A stretch of DNA of 64,000 nt, taken from NCBI GenBank assembly GCA_964057225.1, contig CAXKVF010000088.1, forward strand, positions 124,001 through 188,000. Direction: 5' to 3'. The DNA is from Auanema rhodensis (lineage: Eukaryota; Animalia; Nematoda). Shown one piece after another: positions 30,001 through 42,747 of the stretch (position 1 is the first letter of the stretch; each line of letters opens with the position of its first letter). The notes beneath the pieces were generated by a model. That model did no database searches. It had not been told where the DNA came from and saw only the letters and a program-made list of their open reading frames with translations. A program made the position numbers and the translations under genes.

Positions 30001-33000
30001 TTAGCATAAATTAAAGTTCACGTAAATTTCAAAGTCATGGTTACCATGAACCAATATCAATTAAAATTTGTTTTTAGACTAATATGGACATGGGCAATCT
30101 AATTTTGAAAACCGCATCTCTTTATCTTTCACGTGAAGCGAGTTACATACCAAGTGCACATCACGTGTACATTTAATTAGCATAAATTAAAGTTCACGTA
30201 AATTTCAAAGTCATGGTTACCATGCACCAATATCAATAAAAATTTGTTTTTAGACTAATATGGACATGGGGAATCTAATTTTGAAAACCGCATCTCTTTA
30301 TCTTTCACGTGAAGCGAGTTACATTCCAAGTGCACATCACGTGTACATTTAATTAGCATACATTAAAGTTCACGTAAATTTCAAAGTCATGGTTACCATG
30401 CACCAATATCAATAAAAATTTGTTTTTAGACTAATATGGACATGGGGAATCTAATTTTGAAAACCGCATCTCTTCATCTTTCACGTGAAGCGAGTTACAT
30501 ACCAAGTGCACATCACGTGTACATTTAATTAGCATAAATTAAAGTTCACGTAAATTTCAAAGTCATGGTTACCATGCACCAATATCAATAAAAATTTGTT
30601 TTTAGACTAATATGGACATGGGGAATCTAATTTTGAAAACCGCATCTCTTCATCTTTCACGTGAAGCGAGTTACATACCAAGTGCACATCACGTGTACAT
30701 TTAATTAGCATAAATTAAAGTTCACGTAAATTTCAAAGTCATGGTTACCATGCACCAATATCAATAAAAATTTGTTTTTAGACTAATATGGACATGGGGA
30801 ATCTAATTTTGAAAACCGCATCTCTTTATCTTTCACGTGAAGCGAGTTACATACCAAGTGCACATCACGTGTACATTTAATTAGCATAAATTAAAGTTCA
30901 CGTAAATTTCAAAGTCATGGTTACCATGAACCAATATCAATAAAAATTTGTTTTTAGACTAATATGGACATGGGGAATCTAATTTTGAAAACCGCATATC
31001 TTTATCTTTCACGTGAAGCGAGTTACATACCAAGTGCACATCACGTGTACATTTAATTAGCATATATTAAAGTTCACGTAAATTTCAAAGTCGTGGTTAC
31101 CATGCACCAATATCAATAAAAATTCGTTTTTAGACTAATATGGACATGGGGAATCTAATTTTGAAAACCGCATCTCTTTATCTTTCACGTGAAGCGAGTT
31201 ACATACCAAGTGCACATCACGTGTACATTTAATTAGCATAAATTAAAGTTCACGTAAATTTCAAAGTCATGGTTACCATGCACCAATATCAATAAAAATT
31301 TGTTTTTAGACTAATATGGACATGGGGAATCTAATTTTGAAAACCGCATCTCTTTATCTTTCACGTGAAGCGAGTTACATACCAAGTGCACATCACGTGT
31401 ACATTTAATTAGCATAAATTAAAGTTCACGTAAATTTCAAAGTCATGGTTACCATGAACCAATATCAATTAAAATTTGTTTTTAGACTAATATGGACATG
31501 GGGAATCTAATTTTGAAAACCGCATCTCTTTATCTTTCACGTGAAGCGAGTTACATACCAAGTGCACATCACGTGTACATTTAATTAGCATAAATTAAAG
31601 TTCACGTAAATTTCAAAGTCATGGTTACCATGAACCAATATCAATAAAAATTTGTTTTTAGACTAATATGGACATGGGGAATCTAATTTTGAAAACCGCA
31701 TCTCTTTATCTTTCACGTGAAGCGAGTTACATACCAAGTGCACATCACGTGTACATTTAATTAGCATAAATTAAAGTTCACGTAAATTTCAAAGTCGTGG
31801 TTACCATGCACCAATATCAATAAAAATTCGTTTTTAGACTAATATGGACATGGGGAATCTAATTTTGAAAACCGCATCTCTTTATCTTTCACGTGAAGCG
31901 AGTTACATACCAAGTGCACATCACGTCTAAATTTAATTAGCATAAATTAAAGTTCACGAAAATTTCAAAGTCATGGTTACCATGAACCAATATCAATAAA
32001 AATTTGTTTTTAGACTAATATGGACATGGGCAATCTAATTTTGAAAACCGCATCTCTTTATCTTTCACGTGAAGCGAGTTACATACCAAGTGCACATCAC
32101 GTGTACATTTAATTAGCATAAATTAAAGTTCACGTAAATTTCAAAGTCATGGTTACCATGCACCAATATCAATAAAAATTTGTTTTTAGACTAATATGGA
32201 CATGGGGAATCTAATTTTGAAAACCGCATCTCTTCATCTTTCACGTGAAGCGAGTTACATACCAAGTGCACATCACGTGTACATTTAATTAGCATTAATT
32301 AAAGTTCACGTAAATTTCAAAGTCATGGTTACCATGAACCAATATCAATAAAAATTTGTTTTTAGACTAATATGGACATGGGGAATCTAATTTTAAAAAC
32401 CGCATCTCTTTATCTTTCACGTGAAGCGAGTTACATACCAAGTGCACATCACGTGTACATTTAATTAGCATAAATTAAAGTTCACGTAAATTTCAAAGTC
32501 ATGGTTACCATGCACCAATATCAATAAAAATTTGTTTTTAGACTAATATGGACATGGGGAATCTAATTTTGAAAACCGCATCTCTTCATATTTCACGTGA
32601 AGCGAGTTACATACCAAGTGAACATCACGTCTAAATTTAATTAGCATAAATTAAAGTTCACGAAAATTTCAAAGTCATGGTTACCATGAACCAATATCAA
32701 TAAAAATTTGTTTTTAGACTAATATGGACATGGGCAATCTAATTTTGAAAACCGCATCTCTTTATCTTTCACGTGAAGCGAGTTACATACCAAGTGCACA
32801 TCACGTGTACATTTAATTAGCATAAATTAAAGTTCACGTAAATTTCAAAGTCATGGTTACCATGCACCAATATCAATAAAAATTTGTTTTTAGACTAATA
32901 TGGACATGGGGAATCTAATTTTGAAAACCGCATCTCTTCATCTTTCACGTGAAGCGAGTTACATACCAAGTGCACATCACGTGTACATTTAATTAGCATA

Positions 33001-36000
33001 AATTAAAGTTCACGTAAATTTCAAAGTCATGGTTACCATGAACCAATATCAATAAAAATTTGTTTTTAGACTAATATGGACATGGGGAATCTAATTTTAA
33101 AAACCGCATCTCTTTATCTTTCACGTGAAGCGAGTTACATACCAAGTGCACATCACGTGTACATTTAATTAGCATAAATTAAAGTTCACGTAAAATTCAA
33201 AGTCATGGTTACCATGCACCAATATCAATAAAAATTTGTTTTTAGACTAATATGGACATGGGGAATCTAATTTTGAAAACCGCATCTCTTTATCTTTCAC
33301 GTGAAGCGAGTTACATACCAAGTGCACATCACGTGTACATTTAATTAGCATAAATTAAAGTTCACGTAAATTTCAAAGTCATGGTTACCATGCACCAATA
33401 TCAATAAAAATTTGTTTTTAGACTAATATGGACATGGGGAATCTAATTTTGAAAACCGCATCTCTTTATCTTTCACGTGAAGCGAGTTACATACCAAGTG
33501 CACATCACGTGTACATTTAATTAGCATAAATTAAAGTTCACGTAAATTTCAAAGTCATGGTTACCATGAAGCAATATCAATAAAAATTTGTTTTTAGACT
33601 AATATGGACATGGGGAATCTAATTTTGAAAACCGCATCTCTTTATCTTTCACGTGAAGCGAGTTACATACCAAGTGCACATCACGTGTACATTTAATTAG
33701 CATAAATTAAAGTTCACGTAAATTTCAAAGTCATGGTTACCATGAACCAATATCAATAAAAATTTGTTTTTAGACTAATATGGACATGGGGAATCTAATT
33801 TTGAAAACCGCATCTCTTTATCTTTCACGTGAAGCGAGTTACATACCAAGTGCACATCACGTGTACATTTAATTAGCATAAATTAAAGTTCACGTAAATT
33901 TCAAAGTCATGGTTACCATGCACCAATATCAATAAAAATTTGTTTTTAGACTAATATGGACATGGGGAATCTAATTTTGAAAACCGCATCTCTTTATCTT
34001 TCACGTGAAGCGAGTTACATACCAAGTGCACATCACGTGTACATTTAATTAGCATAAATTAAAGTTCACGTAAATTTCAAAGTCATGGTTACCATGCACC
34101 AATATCAATAAAAATTTGTTTTTAGACTAATATGGACATGGGGAATCTAATTTTGAAAACCGCATCTCTTTATCTTTCACGTGAAGCGAGTTACATACCA
34201 AGTGCACATCACGTGTACATTTAATTAGCATAAATTAAAGTTCACGTAAATTTCAAAGTCATGGTTACCATGCACCAATATCAATAAAAATTTGTTTTTA
34301 GACTAATATGGACATGGGGAATCTAATTTTGAAAACCGCATCTCTTTATCTTTCACGTGAAGCGAGTTACATACCAAGTGCACATCACGTGTACATTTAA
34401 TTAGCATAAATTAAAGTTCACGTAAATTTCAAAGTCATGGTTACCATGAAGCAATATCAATAAAAATTTGTTTTTAGACTAATATGGACATGGGGAATCT
34501 AATTTTGAAAACCGCATCTCTTTATCTTTTACGTGAAGCGAGTTACATACCAAGTGCACATCACGTGTACATTTAATTAGCATAAATTAAAGTTCACGTA
34601 AATTTCAAAGTCATGGTTACCATGCACCAATATCAATAAAAATTTGTTTTTAGACTAATATGGACATGGGGAATCTAATTTTGAAAACCGCATCTCTTTA
34701 TCTTTCACGTGAAGCGAGTTACATACCAAGTGCACATCACGTGTACATTTAATTAGCATAAATTAAAGTTCACGTAAATTTCAAAGTCATGGTTACCATG
34801 AACCAATATCAATAAAAATTTGTTTTTAGACTAATATGGACATGGGGAATCTAATTTTGAAAACCGCATCTCTTTATCTTTCACGTGAAGCGAGTTACAT
34901 ACCAAGTGCACATCACGTGTACATTTAATTAGCATAAATTAAAGTTCACGTAAAATTCAAAGTCATGGTTACCATGCACCAATATCAATAAAAATTTGTT
35001 TTTAGACTAATATGGACATGGGGAATCTAATTTTGAAAACCGCATCTCTTTATCTTTTACGTGAAGCGAGTTACATACCAAGTGCACATCACGTGTACAT
35101 TTAATTAGCATAAATTAAAGTTCACGTAAATTTCAAAGTCATGGTTACCATGAACCAATATCAATAAAAATTTGTTTTTAGACTAATATGGACATGGGGA
35201 ATCTAATTTTGAAAACCGCATCTCTTTATCTTTCACGTGAAGCGAGTTACATACCAAGTGCACATCACGTGTACATTTAATTAGCATAAATTAAAGTTCA
35301 CGTAAATTTCAAAGTCATGGTTACCATGAACCAATATCAATAAAAATTTGTTTTTAGACTAATATGGACATGGGGAATCTAATTTTGAAAACCGCATCTC
35401 TTTATCTTTCACGTGAAGCGAGTTACATACCAAGTGCACATCACGTGTACATTTAATTAGCATAAATTAAAGTTCACGTAAATTTCAAAGTCATGGTTAC
35501 CATGAAGCAATATCAATAAAAATTTGTTTTTAGACTAATATGGACATGTGGAATCTAATTTTGAAAACCGCATCTCTTTATCTTTCACGTGAAGCGAGTT
35601 ACATACCAAGTGCACATCACGTGTACATTTAATTAGCATAAATTAAAGTTCACGTAAAATTCAAAGTCATGGTTACCATGAACCAATATCAATAAAAATT
35701 TGTTTTTAGACTAATATGGACATGGGGAATCTAATTTTGAAAACCGCATCTCTTTATCTTTCACGTGAAGCGAGTTACATACCAAGTGCACATCACGTGT
35801 ACATTTAATTAGCATAAATTAAAGTTCACGTAAATTTCAAAGTCATGGTTACCATGAACCAATATCAATAAAAATTTGTTTTTAGACTAATATGGACATG
35901 GGGAATCTAATTTTGAAAACCGCATCTCTTTATCTTTCACGTGAAGCGAGTTACATACCAAGTGCACATCACGTGTACATTTAATTAGCATAAATTAAAG

Positions 36001-39000
36001 TTCACGTAAATTTCAAAGTCATGGTTACCATGAACCAATATCAATAAAAATTTGTTTTTAGACTAATATGGACATGGGGAATCTAATTTTGAAAACCGCA
36101 TCTCTTTATCTTTCACGTGAAGCGAGTTACATACCAAGTGCACATCACGTGTACATTTAATTAGCATAAATTAAAGTTCACGTAAATTTCAAAGTCATGG
36201 TTACCATGAACCAATATCAATAAAAATTTGTTTTTAGACTAATATGGACATGGGGAATCTAATTTTGAAAACCGCATCTCTTTATCTTTCACGTGAAGCG
36301 AGTTACATACCAAGTGCACATCACGTGTACATTTAATTAGCATAAATTAAAGTTCACGTAAATTTCAAAGTCATGGTTACCATGCACCAATATCAATAAA
36401 AATTTGTTTTTAGACTAATATGGACATGGGGAATCTAATTTTGAAAACCGCATCTCTTTATCTTTCACGTGAAGCGAGTTACATACCAAGTGCACATCAC
36501 GTGTACATTTAATTAGCATAAATTAAAGTTCACGTAAATTTCAAAGTCATGGTTACCATGAAGCAATATCAATAAAAATTTGTTTTTAGACTAATATGGA
36601 AATGGGGAATCTAATTTTGAAAACCGCATCTCTTTATCTTTCACGTGAAGCGAGTTACATACCAAGTGCACATCACGTGTACATTTAATTAGCATAAATT
36701 AAAGTTCACGTAAATTTCAAAGTCATGGTTACCATGAACCAATATCAATAAAAATTTGTTTTTAGACTAATATGGACATGGGGAATCTAATTTTGAAAAC
36801 CGCATCTCTTTATCTTTCACGTGAAGCGAGTTACATACCAAGTGCACATCACGTGTACATTTAATTAGCATAAATTAAAGTTCACTTAAATTTCAAAGTC
36901 ATGGTTACCATGAACCAATATCAATAAAAATTTGTTTTTAGACTAATATGGACATGGGGAATCTAATTTTGGAAACCGCATCTCTTTATCTTTCACGTGA
37001 AGCGAGTTACATACCAAGTGCACATCACGTGTACATTTAATTAGCATAAATTAAAGTTCACGTAAATTTCAAAGTCATGGTTACCATGCACCAATATCAA
37101 TAAAAATTTGTTTTTAGACTAATATGGACATGGGGAATCTAATTTTGAAAACCGCATCTCTTTATCTTTCACGTGAAGCGAGTTACATACCAAGTGCACA
37201 TCACGTGTACATTTAATTAGCATAAATTAAAGTTCACGTAAATTTCAAAGTCATGGTTACCATGCACCAATATCAATAAAAATTTGTTTTTAGACTAATA
37301 TGGACATGGGGAATCTAATTTTGAAAACCGCATCTCTTTATCTTTCACGTGAAGCGAGTTACATACCAAGTGCACATCACTTGTACATTTAATTAGCATA
37401 AATTAAAGTTCACGTAAATTTCAAAGTCATGGTTACCATGCACCAATATCAATAAAAATTTGTTTTTAGACTAATATGGACATGGGGAATCTAATTTTGA
37501 AAACCGCATCTCTTTATCTTTCACGTGAAGCGAGTTACATACCAAGTGCACATCACGTGTACATTTAATTAGCATAAATTAAAGTTCACGTAAATTTCAA
37601 AGTCATGGTTACCATGAAGCAATATCAATAAAAATTTGTTTTTAGACTAATATGGACATGGGGAATCTAATTTTGAAAACCGCATCTCTTTATCTTTTAC
37701 GTGAAGCGAGTTACATACCAAGTGCACATCACGTGTACATTTAATTAGCATAAATTAAAGTTCACGTAAATTTCAAAGTCATGGTTACCATGCACCAATA
37801 TCAATAAAAATTTGTTTTTAGACTAATATGGACATGGGGAATCTAATTTTGAAAACCGCATCTCTTTATCTTTCACGTGAAGCGAGTTACATACCAAGTG
37901 CACATCACGTGTACATTTAATTAGCATAAATTAAAGTTCACGTAAATTTCAAAGTCATGGTTACCATGCACCAATATCAATAAAAATTTGTTTTTAGACT
38001 AATATGGACATGGGGAATCTAATTTTGAAAACCGCATCTCTTTATCTTTTACGTGAAGCGAGTTACATACCAAGTGCACATCACGTGTACATTTAATTAG
38101 CATAAATTAAAGTTCACGTAAATTTCAAAGTCATGGTTACCATGAACCAATATCAATAAAAATTTGTTTTTAGACTAATATGGACATGGGGAATCTAATT
38201 TTGAAAACCGCATCTCTTTATCTTTCACGTGAAGCGAGTTACATACCAAGTGCACATCACGTGTACATTTAATTAGCATAAATTAAAGTTCACGTAAATT
38301 TCAAAGTCATGGTTACCATGCACCAATATCAATAAAAATTTGTTTTTAGACTAATATGGACATGGGGAATCTAATTTTGAAAACCGCATCTCTTTATCTT
38401 TTACGTGAAGCGAGTTACATACCAAGTGCACATCACGTGTACATTTAATTAGCATAAATTAAAGTTCACGTAAATTTCAAAGTCATGGTTACCATGAACC
38501 AATATCAATAAAAATTTGTTTTTAGACTAATATGGACATGGGGAATCTAATTTTGAAAACCGCATCTCTTTATCTTTCACGTGAAGCGAGTTACATACCA
38601 AGTGCACATCACGTGTACATTTAATTAGCATAAATTAAAGTTCACGTAAATTTCAAAGTCATGGTTACCATGAAGCAATATCAATAAAAATTTGTTTTTA
38701 GACTAATATGGACATGTGGAATCTAATTTTGAAAACCGCATCTCTTTATCTTTCACGTGAAGCGAGTTACATACCAAGTGCACATCACGTGTACATTTAA
38801 TTAGCATAAATTAAAGTTCACGTAAATTTCAAAGTCATGGTTACCATGCACCAATATCAATAAAAATTTGTTTTTAGACTAATATGGACATGGGGAATCT
38901 AATTTTGAAAACCGCATCTCTTTATCTTTTACGTGAAGCGAGTTACATACCAAGTGCACATCACGTGTACATTTAATTAGCATAAATTAAAGTTCACGTA

Positions 39001-39341
39001 AATTTCAAAGTCATGGTTACCATGAACCAATATCAATGAAAATTTGTTTTTAGACTAATATGGACATGGGGAATCTAATTTTGAAAACCGCATCTCTTTA
39101 TCTTTCACGTGAAGCGAGTTACATACCAAGTGCACATCACGTGTACATTTAATTAGCATAAATTAAAGTTCACGTAAATTTCAAAGTCATGGTTACCATG
39201 AAGCAATATCAATAAAAATTTGTTTTTAGACTAATATGGACATGTGGAATCTAATTTTGAAAACCGCATCTCTTTATCTTTCACGTGAAGCGAGTTACAT
39301 ACCAAGTGCACATCACGTGTACATTTAATTAGCATAAATTA
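1..39341. repeat. 176-bp tandem satellite array (left block, ~223 monomers; continues beyond window start)
   Basis: Monomer TGGGGAATCTAATTTTGAAAACCGC...GACTAATATGGACA restarts at 1, 177, 881, 1761 and 2641 (period 176). Copies differ by only a few substitutions. The array stops at ...AGCATAAATTA (39341). Confidence 0.99.
39336..39341 (+). repeat. Probable target-site duplication AAATTA (left copy; right copy 44540-44545)
   Basis: Satellite ends ...GCATAAATTA on the left and resumes AAATTAAAGTTCACG on the right, in register, so 6 bp are duplicated. The TSD is short and AT-rich, so its exact length is uncertain. Confidence 0.65.
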
Positions 39342-39348
39342 GTCAAGG

Positions 39349-39354
39349 TTTATT
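39349..39354 (-). terminator. Polyadenylation-like signal AATAAA at the element 1 3' end
   Basis: TTTATT on + strand, 7 nt from the element/satellite junction. It is followed by CCTTGAC and no poly(A) tail. Confidence 0.6.
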
Positions 39355-39882
39355 GTTCTTTATCACAGGTTATAACAATAGCAGTTTTGAAAAAAGAAAG
39401 TGGATAAAAGAAGTTCCTTACAATATGAACATGATTATATAAATTGATTGACATGAAAACATTAATTGTATAGAGATAAGAATAATTATTGAATCAATTA
39501 TGTCAGTAGAAAATATATATTCTAAACAAGTAAATCTATGTGTCATAGTTGTCAACCCATCCTTGATAAACAAGGGATTTGTTCAGTTCAAAAAATATGA
39601 CCTGACCTCATTTTTACTTTTACCAGGTGCGGTGGAACTTAGAGAAAAAGTCGAGCCCGTTCTGGTAATCAGAGGTAACTATCACCAGATTCGTATGGCT
39701 AATGCCTATAGAGTCCATGGTGCAGTAACATTGTAGCAAAGGGAACAAGGATGTGGTTGAAAACAAAAAATGATACATGAAGAACATAGTTTGCATAGAT
39801 ATTTGTAGAAGACATATTGAAATAATAATTAGAGAACAAAATATCATAAGCAGACGAAAAACATTAATAATGAAAGTGCAAG

Positions 39883-42747
39883 CTAATCGCTAAGGAAAAG
39901 TTGAAGATGTTTGCGAAATTTGGGAGCTTTTTCAAGACTCACAATGTTTGATGGTATTGAATTCCAGAGTTCTATGGCTCTGTACTCGATACCTCTTCTA
40001 GTTTGAGTCTTCTGGACGTTTGGAAAATCCACAGTCCATTCGTGACGCCTTAGTGAGTGTGTGAATTTTTTGAGCTTAAAAATTTTCAAAGTATTCTCTG
40101 AAATTGGTTGTTTTATTTGGTTAAAATAAAAAATTAAATCGAAAACTAGTCTTCTGAAAAATAACTTTTGCCCCCCTAGCAAAGACAGTTGATCTTCATA
40201 GCTCATTTTAGATCCTGAGCGCATGAAAACTGCGCGCAGAAACTTTTTTTGAACATTTTCAATCCGGTCTTTGTCTTTAGAATCTTGTGGGGACCAGATA
40301 ATAGAAGCATATTCCAATATTGGTCTTATGTAAGTACAGAATAAGTTGTACATAAGAGAAGGCGATTTAGAGTAGAAACAACGTAAAATTATTTTACATT
40401 TTTTTGCTGCTTCACTTGTGATTTTGTTTATGTGGTTTGAGAAGGAGAGATTGTAATCTGTGAATACTCCAAGATCTTTGTAACAATCTACTGAAGATAG
40501 GTTAAAGTTACCAAAAGTGAAAGCGAAGTTTTCAGGATTACTAATTGGTTTATTTGACATAACCATTATTTTAGATTTAGAGATGTTAACGGCCATCCCG
40601 TTTGAGTCGCACCATAATTTTAATTGATCAAGGGCCCGCTGTAAACTAGTAGGGTTTTTGCTGTAGAGCTTCAAATCATCTGCATAGAGAATGGAGCTGA
40701 CATCATTAGGAAAATCGGATGTTATGTCATTTATGTAAAATAAAAACAACAGAGGACCAAGAACTGTACCTTGTGGTACACCACAAGTGAGTTGTTTAGG
40801 TGGTGATAAGGAATTATTGACCATAACTGAAAAAAACCTACCAGAGATGAAACTTTGGAGAAAGGAATGAAGTGGGCCTTGAATACCAATGGACTTGAGT
40901 TTTGAAAAAAGAGTAGAATGTTGTATAAGATCGAAGGCTTTTGAAAAGTCGATATAAGCTACAAAAACCGGAGTATTACAGTCCAATGATGATCTGAAAG
41001 AGATGTGGCTACTGAGAATTGCAGAAACAGTGCTTCTTTTAGGAAGGAAGGCGTGTTGATTTTGAGATATGGCACCATTGGAAATACCAAAATTAAGAAG
41101 TGGAGTACGTATTATACGTTCAAAGATTTTTGAGAGACTGGAAGTGAGTGAAATTGGGCGGTAGTTACTTGGATTTTCAGGTCGGCCCGTTTTGAAAATG
41201 GGACGAATCCAGGCTAACTTCCAATCAGGAGGACAAGTTGAGGTAACTAACAAATTGTGAAAAATAAAAGCTAATGGATTAGCCAGAGTAAAAGCACATT
41301 GTTTAAGAAAGTAATATGGAATACCATCCGGAGATGTGGATACCCTGAGTGGAAGACTATGAAGAGTTTTGTAGACCAATTCAGGTGTTATATCCATGAA
41401 ATCAATGGTATGACTGGAAGAAGAAGAGACGGAAACATGAGTGTTTTCCTGAGAGACAAGAGGAGAAAGAGGAGAAACCGTGAAAACCTCGGCAAATGCT
41501 GACACTTTATCAATATCTGAAGAAACTGACACATTGTTGACAGTGAGGTTTGGAATGTCAGATGTTTTACCATTTAATCGGGCCTTACAAAAACGATAAA
41601 AAAGTTTGGAGTTTTTTAAGGCAGCAATACGCTCTTCCTCTAAAGCACAATTGATTTTTATTAGCTTGTCCAATTTTACTGAAAGATTTTTACGGCGAAT
41701 CTCGTCAGATAGATATAAAGAGCAACTTAGCCTGTTAATTTGATTTCTGAGTTTTGCAATGTTACGATCCGCTTTTTTATTTTTCCTCGGTTGTTTTTTA
41801 GGAACATAAATGTCAATGATTGAATGTAGAATAGAGATAAACTTTGAATACGATTGGAGTGGAGTAAGACCTGAAAGTTCAGAACAGAAGTCGATGTTGA
41901 CCAGTTGCCTATTGATACGTTCATAATCAGCCAAAAGGAAATTGCGGTCTGATAACATGGAGAGAGATGTGGGTTCAGCACTATGTAAATCTTGTAGATG
42001 AAAATTTTCAGATTTTGAAAGTATATGAAAGGTGATGGAAAAATGATCCGAAGCCCCAAGTGGACCAGATCGCTTGATATTGTTGACACAACGAACGTTA
42101 TTTGTAATTATATAGTCAAGAATATTTTCACCTCTAGTAGGAAAATTTACTAGCTGGTTTAGACAATTGTGATTGAGAAATTGGAGTAGAATTCTACTAG
42201 AAGGAGTAGGTTGAGAACATATACCAAGATCCCAGTTTATTTTAGGGAAATTAAGATCACCAGTGAGATAGAGAGACCGATTAACTAAATGATTTTGTAG
42301 ATCACAAAGATAGTTTGAGAAATCTAAGCTAGATGATGATGGAGAACGGTAACAAACAGAAAAAATAGAATTGGAAGATGTGATGAGAATATTTATAAAC
42401 TGTATGGTAGATGAATTACAAGAGCAGGAAAGAAGACGAAAAGTAATATGTTTTTTGATGAAAAGTAGTACACCACCACCCCGTGATGAACATCTATCAG
42501 CCCTGAGGATATTATAGATGTCACCTAACGGAAGAAGATTAGTGTTAAATTGGGGGTAAAGCCAGGACTCTGATATAGCAATTATATCAGGAGAATTGGG
42601 AGAGATGATAACTGGGAGAAGATGAAGTTTGTTGAGAATTGAGCGTGCATTGTAACGGTGAACAGAAGTGTAAGTGTGGTTAGAGACGAGAACAGGTGTT
42701 GACGATAACATTGGATCAACGAAAGGACCCGTTATTGGACAAAACAA
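39883..42747 (-). CDS. ORF2: apurinic-like endonuclease + reverse transcriptase (intact, ~950 aa)
   Basis: APE motifs YNARS, DIIAISESW, RGGGVLLFI, CYRSP, GDLN, LDY, SDH. RT motifs SPDGIP, NYRPISLTS, DFSKAFD, GVPQGTVLGPLLF, YADD (~40675-40686), KDLGV, RPILEYASIIWSP. The track start is a TTG and the first ATG is at 42711. The true start may be via frameshift from ORF1. Confidence 0.97.
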   Translation of the reverse strand: MFCPITGPFVDPMLSSTPVLVSNHTYTSVHRYNARSILNKLHLLPVIISPNSPDIIAISESWLYPQFNTNLLPLGDIYNILRADRCSSRGGGVLLFIKKHITFRLLSCSCNSSTIQFINILITSSNSIFSVCYRSPSSSSLDFSNYLCDLQNHLVNRSLYLTGDLNFPKINWDLGICSQPTPSSRILLQFLNHNCLNQLVNFPTRGENILDYIITNNVRCVNNIKRSGPLGASDHFSITFHILSKSENFHLQDLHSAEPTSLSMLSDRNFLLADYERINRQLVNIDFCSELSGLTPLQSYSKFISILHSIIDIYVPKKQPRKNKKADRNIAKLRNQINRLSCSLYLSDEIRRKNLSVKLDKLIKINCALEEERIAALKNSKLFYRFCKARLNGKTSDIPNLTVNNVSVSSDIDKVSAFAEVFTVSPLSPLVSQENTHVSVSSSSSHTIDFMDITPELVYKTLHSLPLRVSTSPDGIPYYFLKQCAFTLANPLAFIFHNLLVTSTCPPDWKLAWIRPIFKTGRPENPSNYRPISLTSSLSKIFERIIRTPLLNFGISNGAISQNQHAFLPKRSTVSAILSSHISFRSSLDCNTPVFVAYIDFSKAFDLIQHSTLFSKLKSIGIQGPLHSFLQSFISGRFFSVMVNNSLSPPKQLTCGVPQGTVLGPLLFLFYINDITSDFPNDVSSILYADDLKLYSKNPTSLQRALDQLKLWCDSNGMAVNISKSKIMVMSNKPISNPENFAFTFGNFNLSSVDCYKDLGVFTDYNLSFSNHINKITSEAAKKCKIILRCFYSKSPSLMYNLFCTYIRPILEYASIIWSPQDSKDKDRIENVQKKFLRAVFMRSGSKMSYEDQLSLLGGQKLFFRRLVFDLIFYFNQIKQPISENTLKIFKLKKFTHSLRRHEWTVDFPNVQKTQTRRGIEYRAIELWNSIPSNIVSLEKAPKFRKHLQLFLSD
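42716..42727 (-). promoter_or_regulatory. Candidate +1 ribosomal frameshift site TCC TTT CGT TGA at the ORF1/ORF2 junction (element 1)
   Basis: Last three ORF1 codons plus stop. ORF2 is open in the +1 frame (CCT TTC GTT GAT CCA ATG). The same motif occurs in element 2. Confidence 0.7.

Noticed and set aside
39500-39847. Two short ORFs (78 aa +, 75 aa -) in the element 1 3' UTR
   Set aside because: Short and AT-rich with no recognisable motifs. The homologous region of element 2 is outside the window, so conservation cannot be tested.
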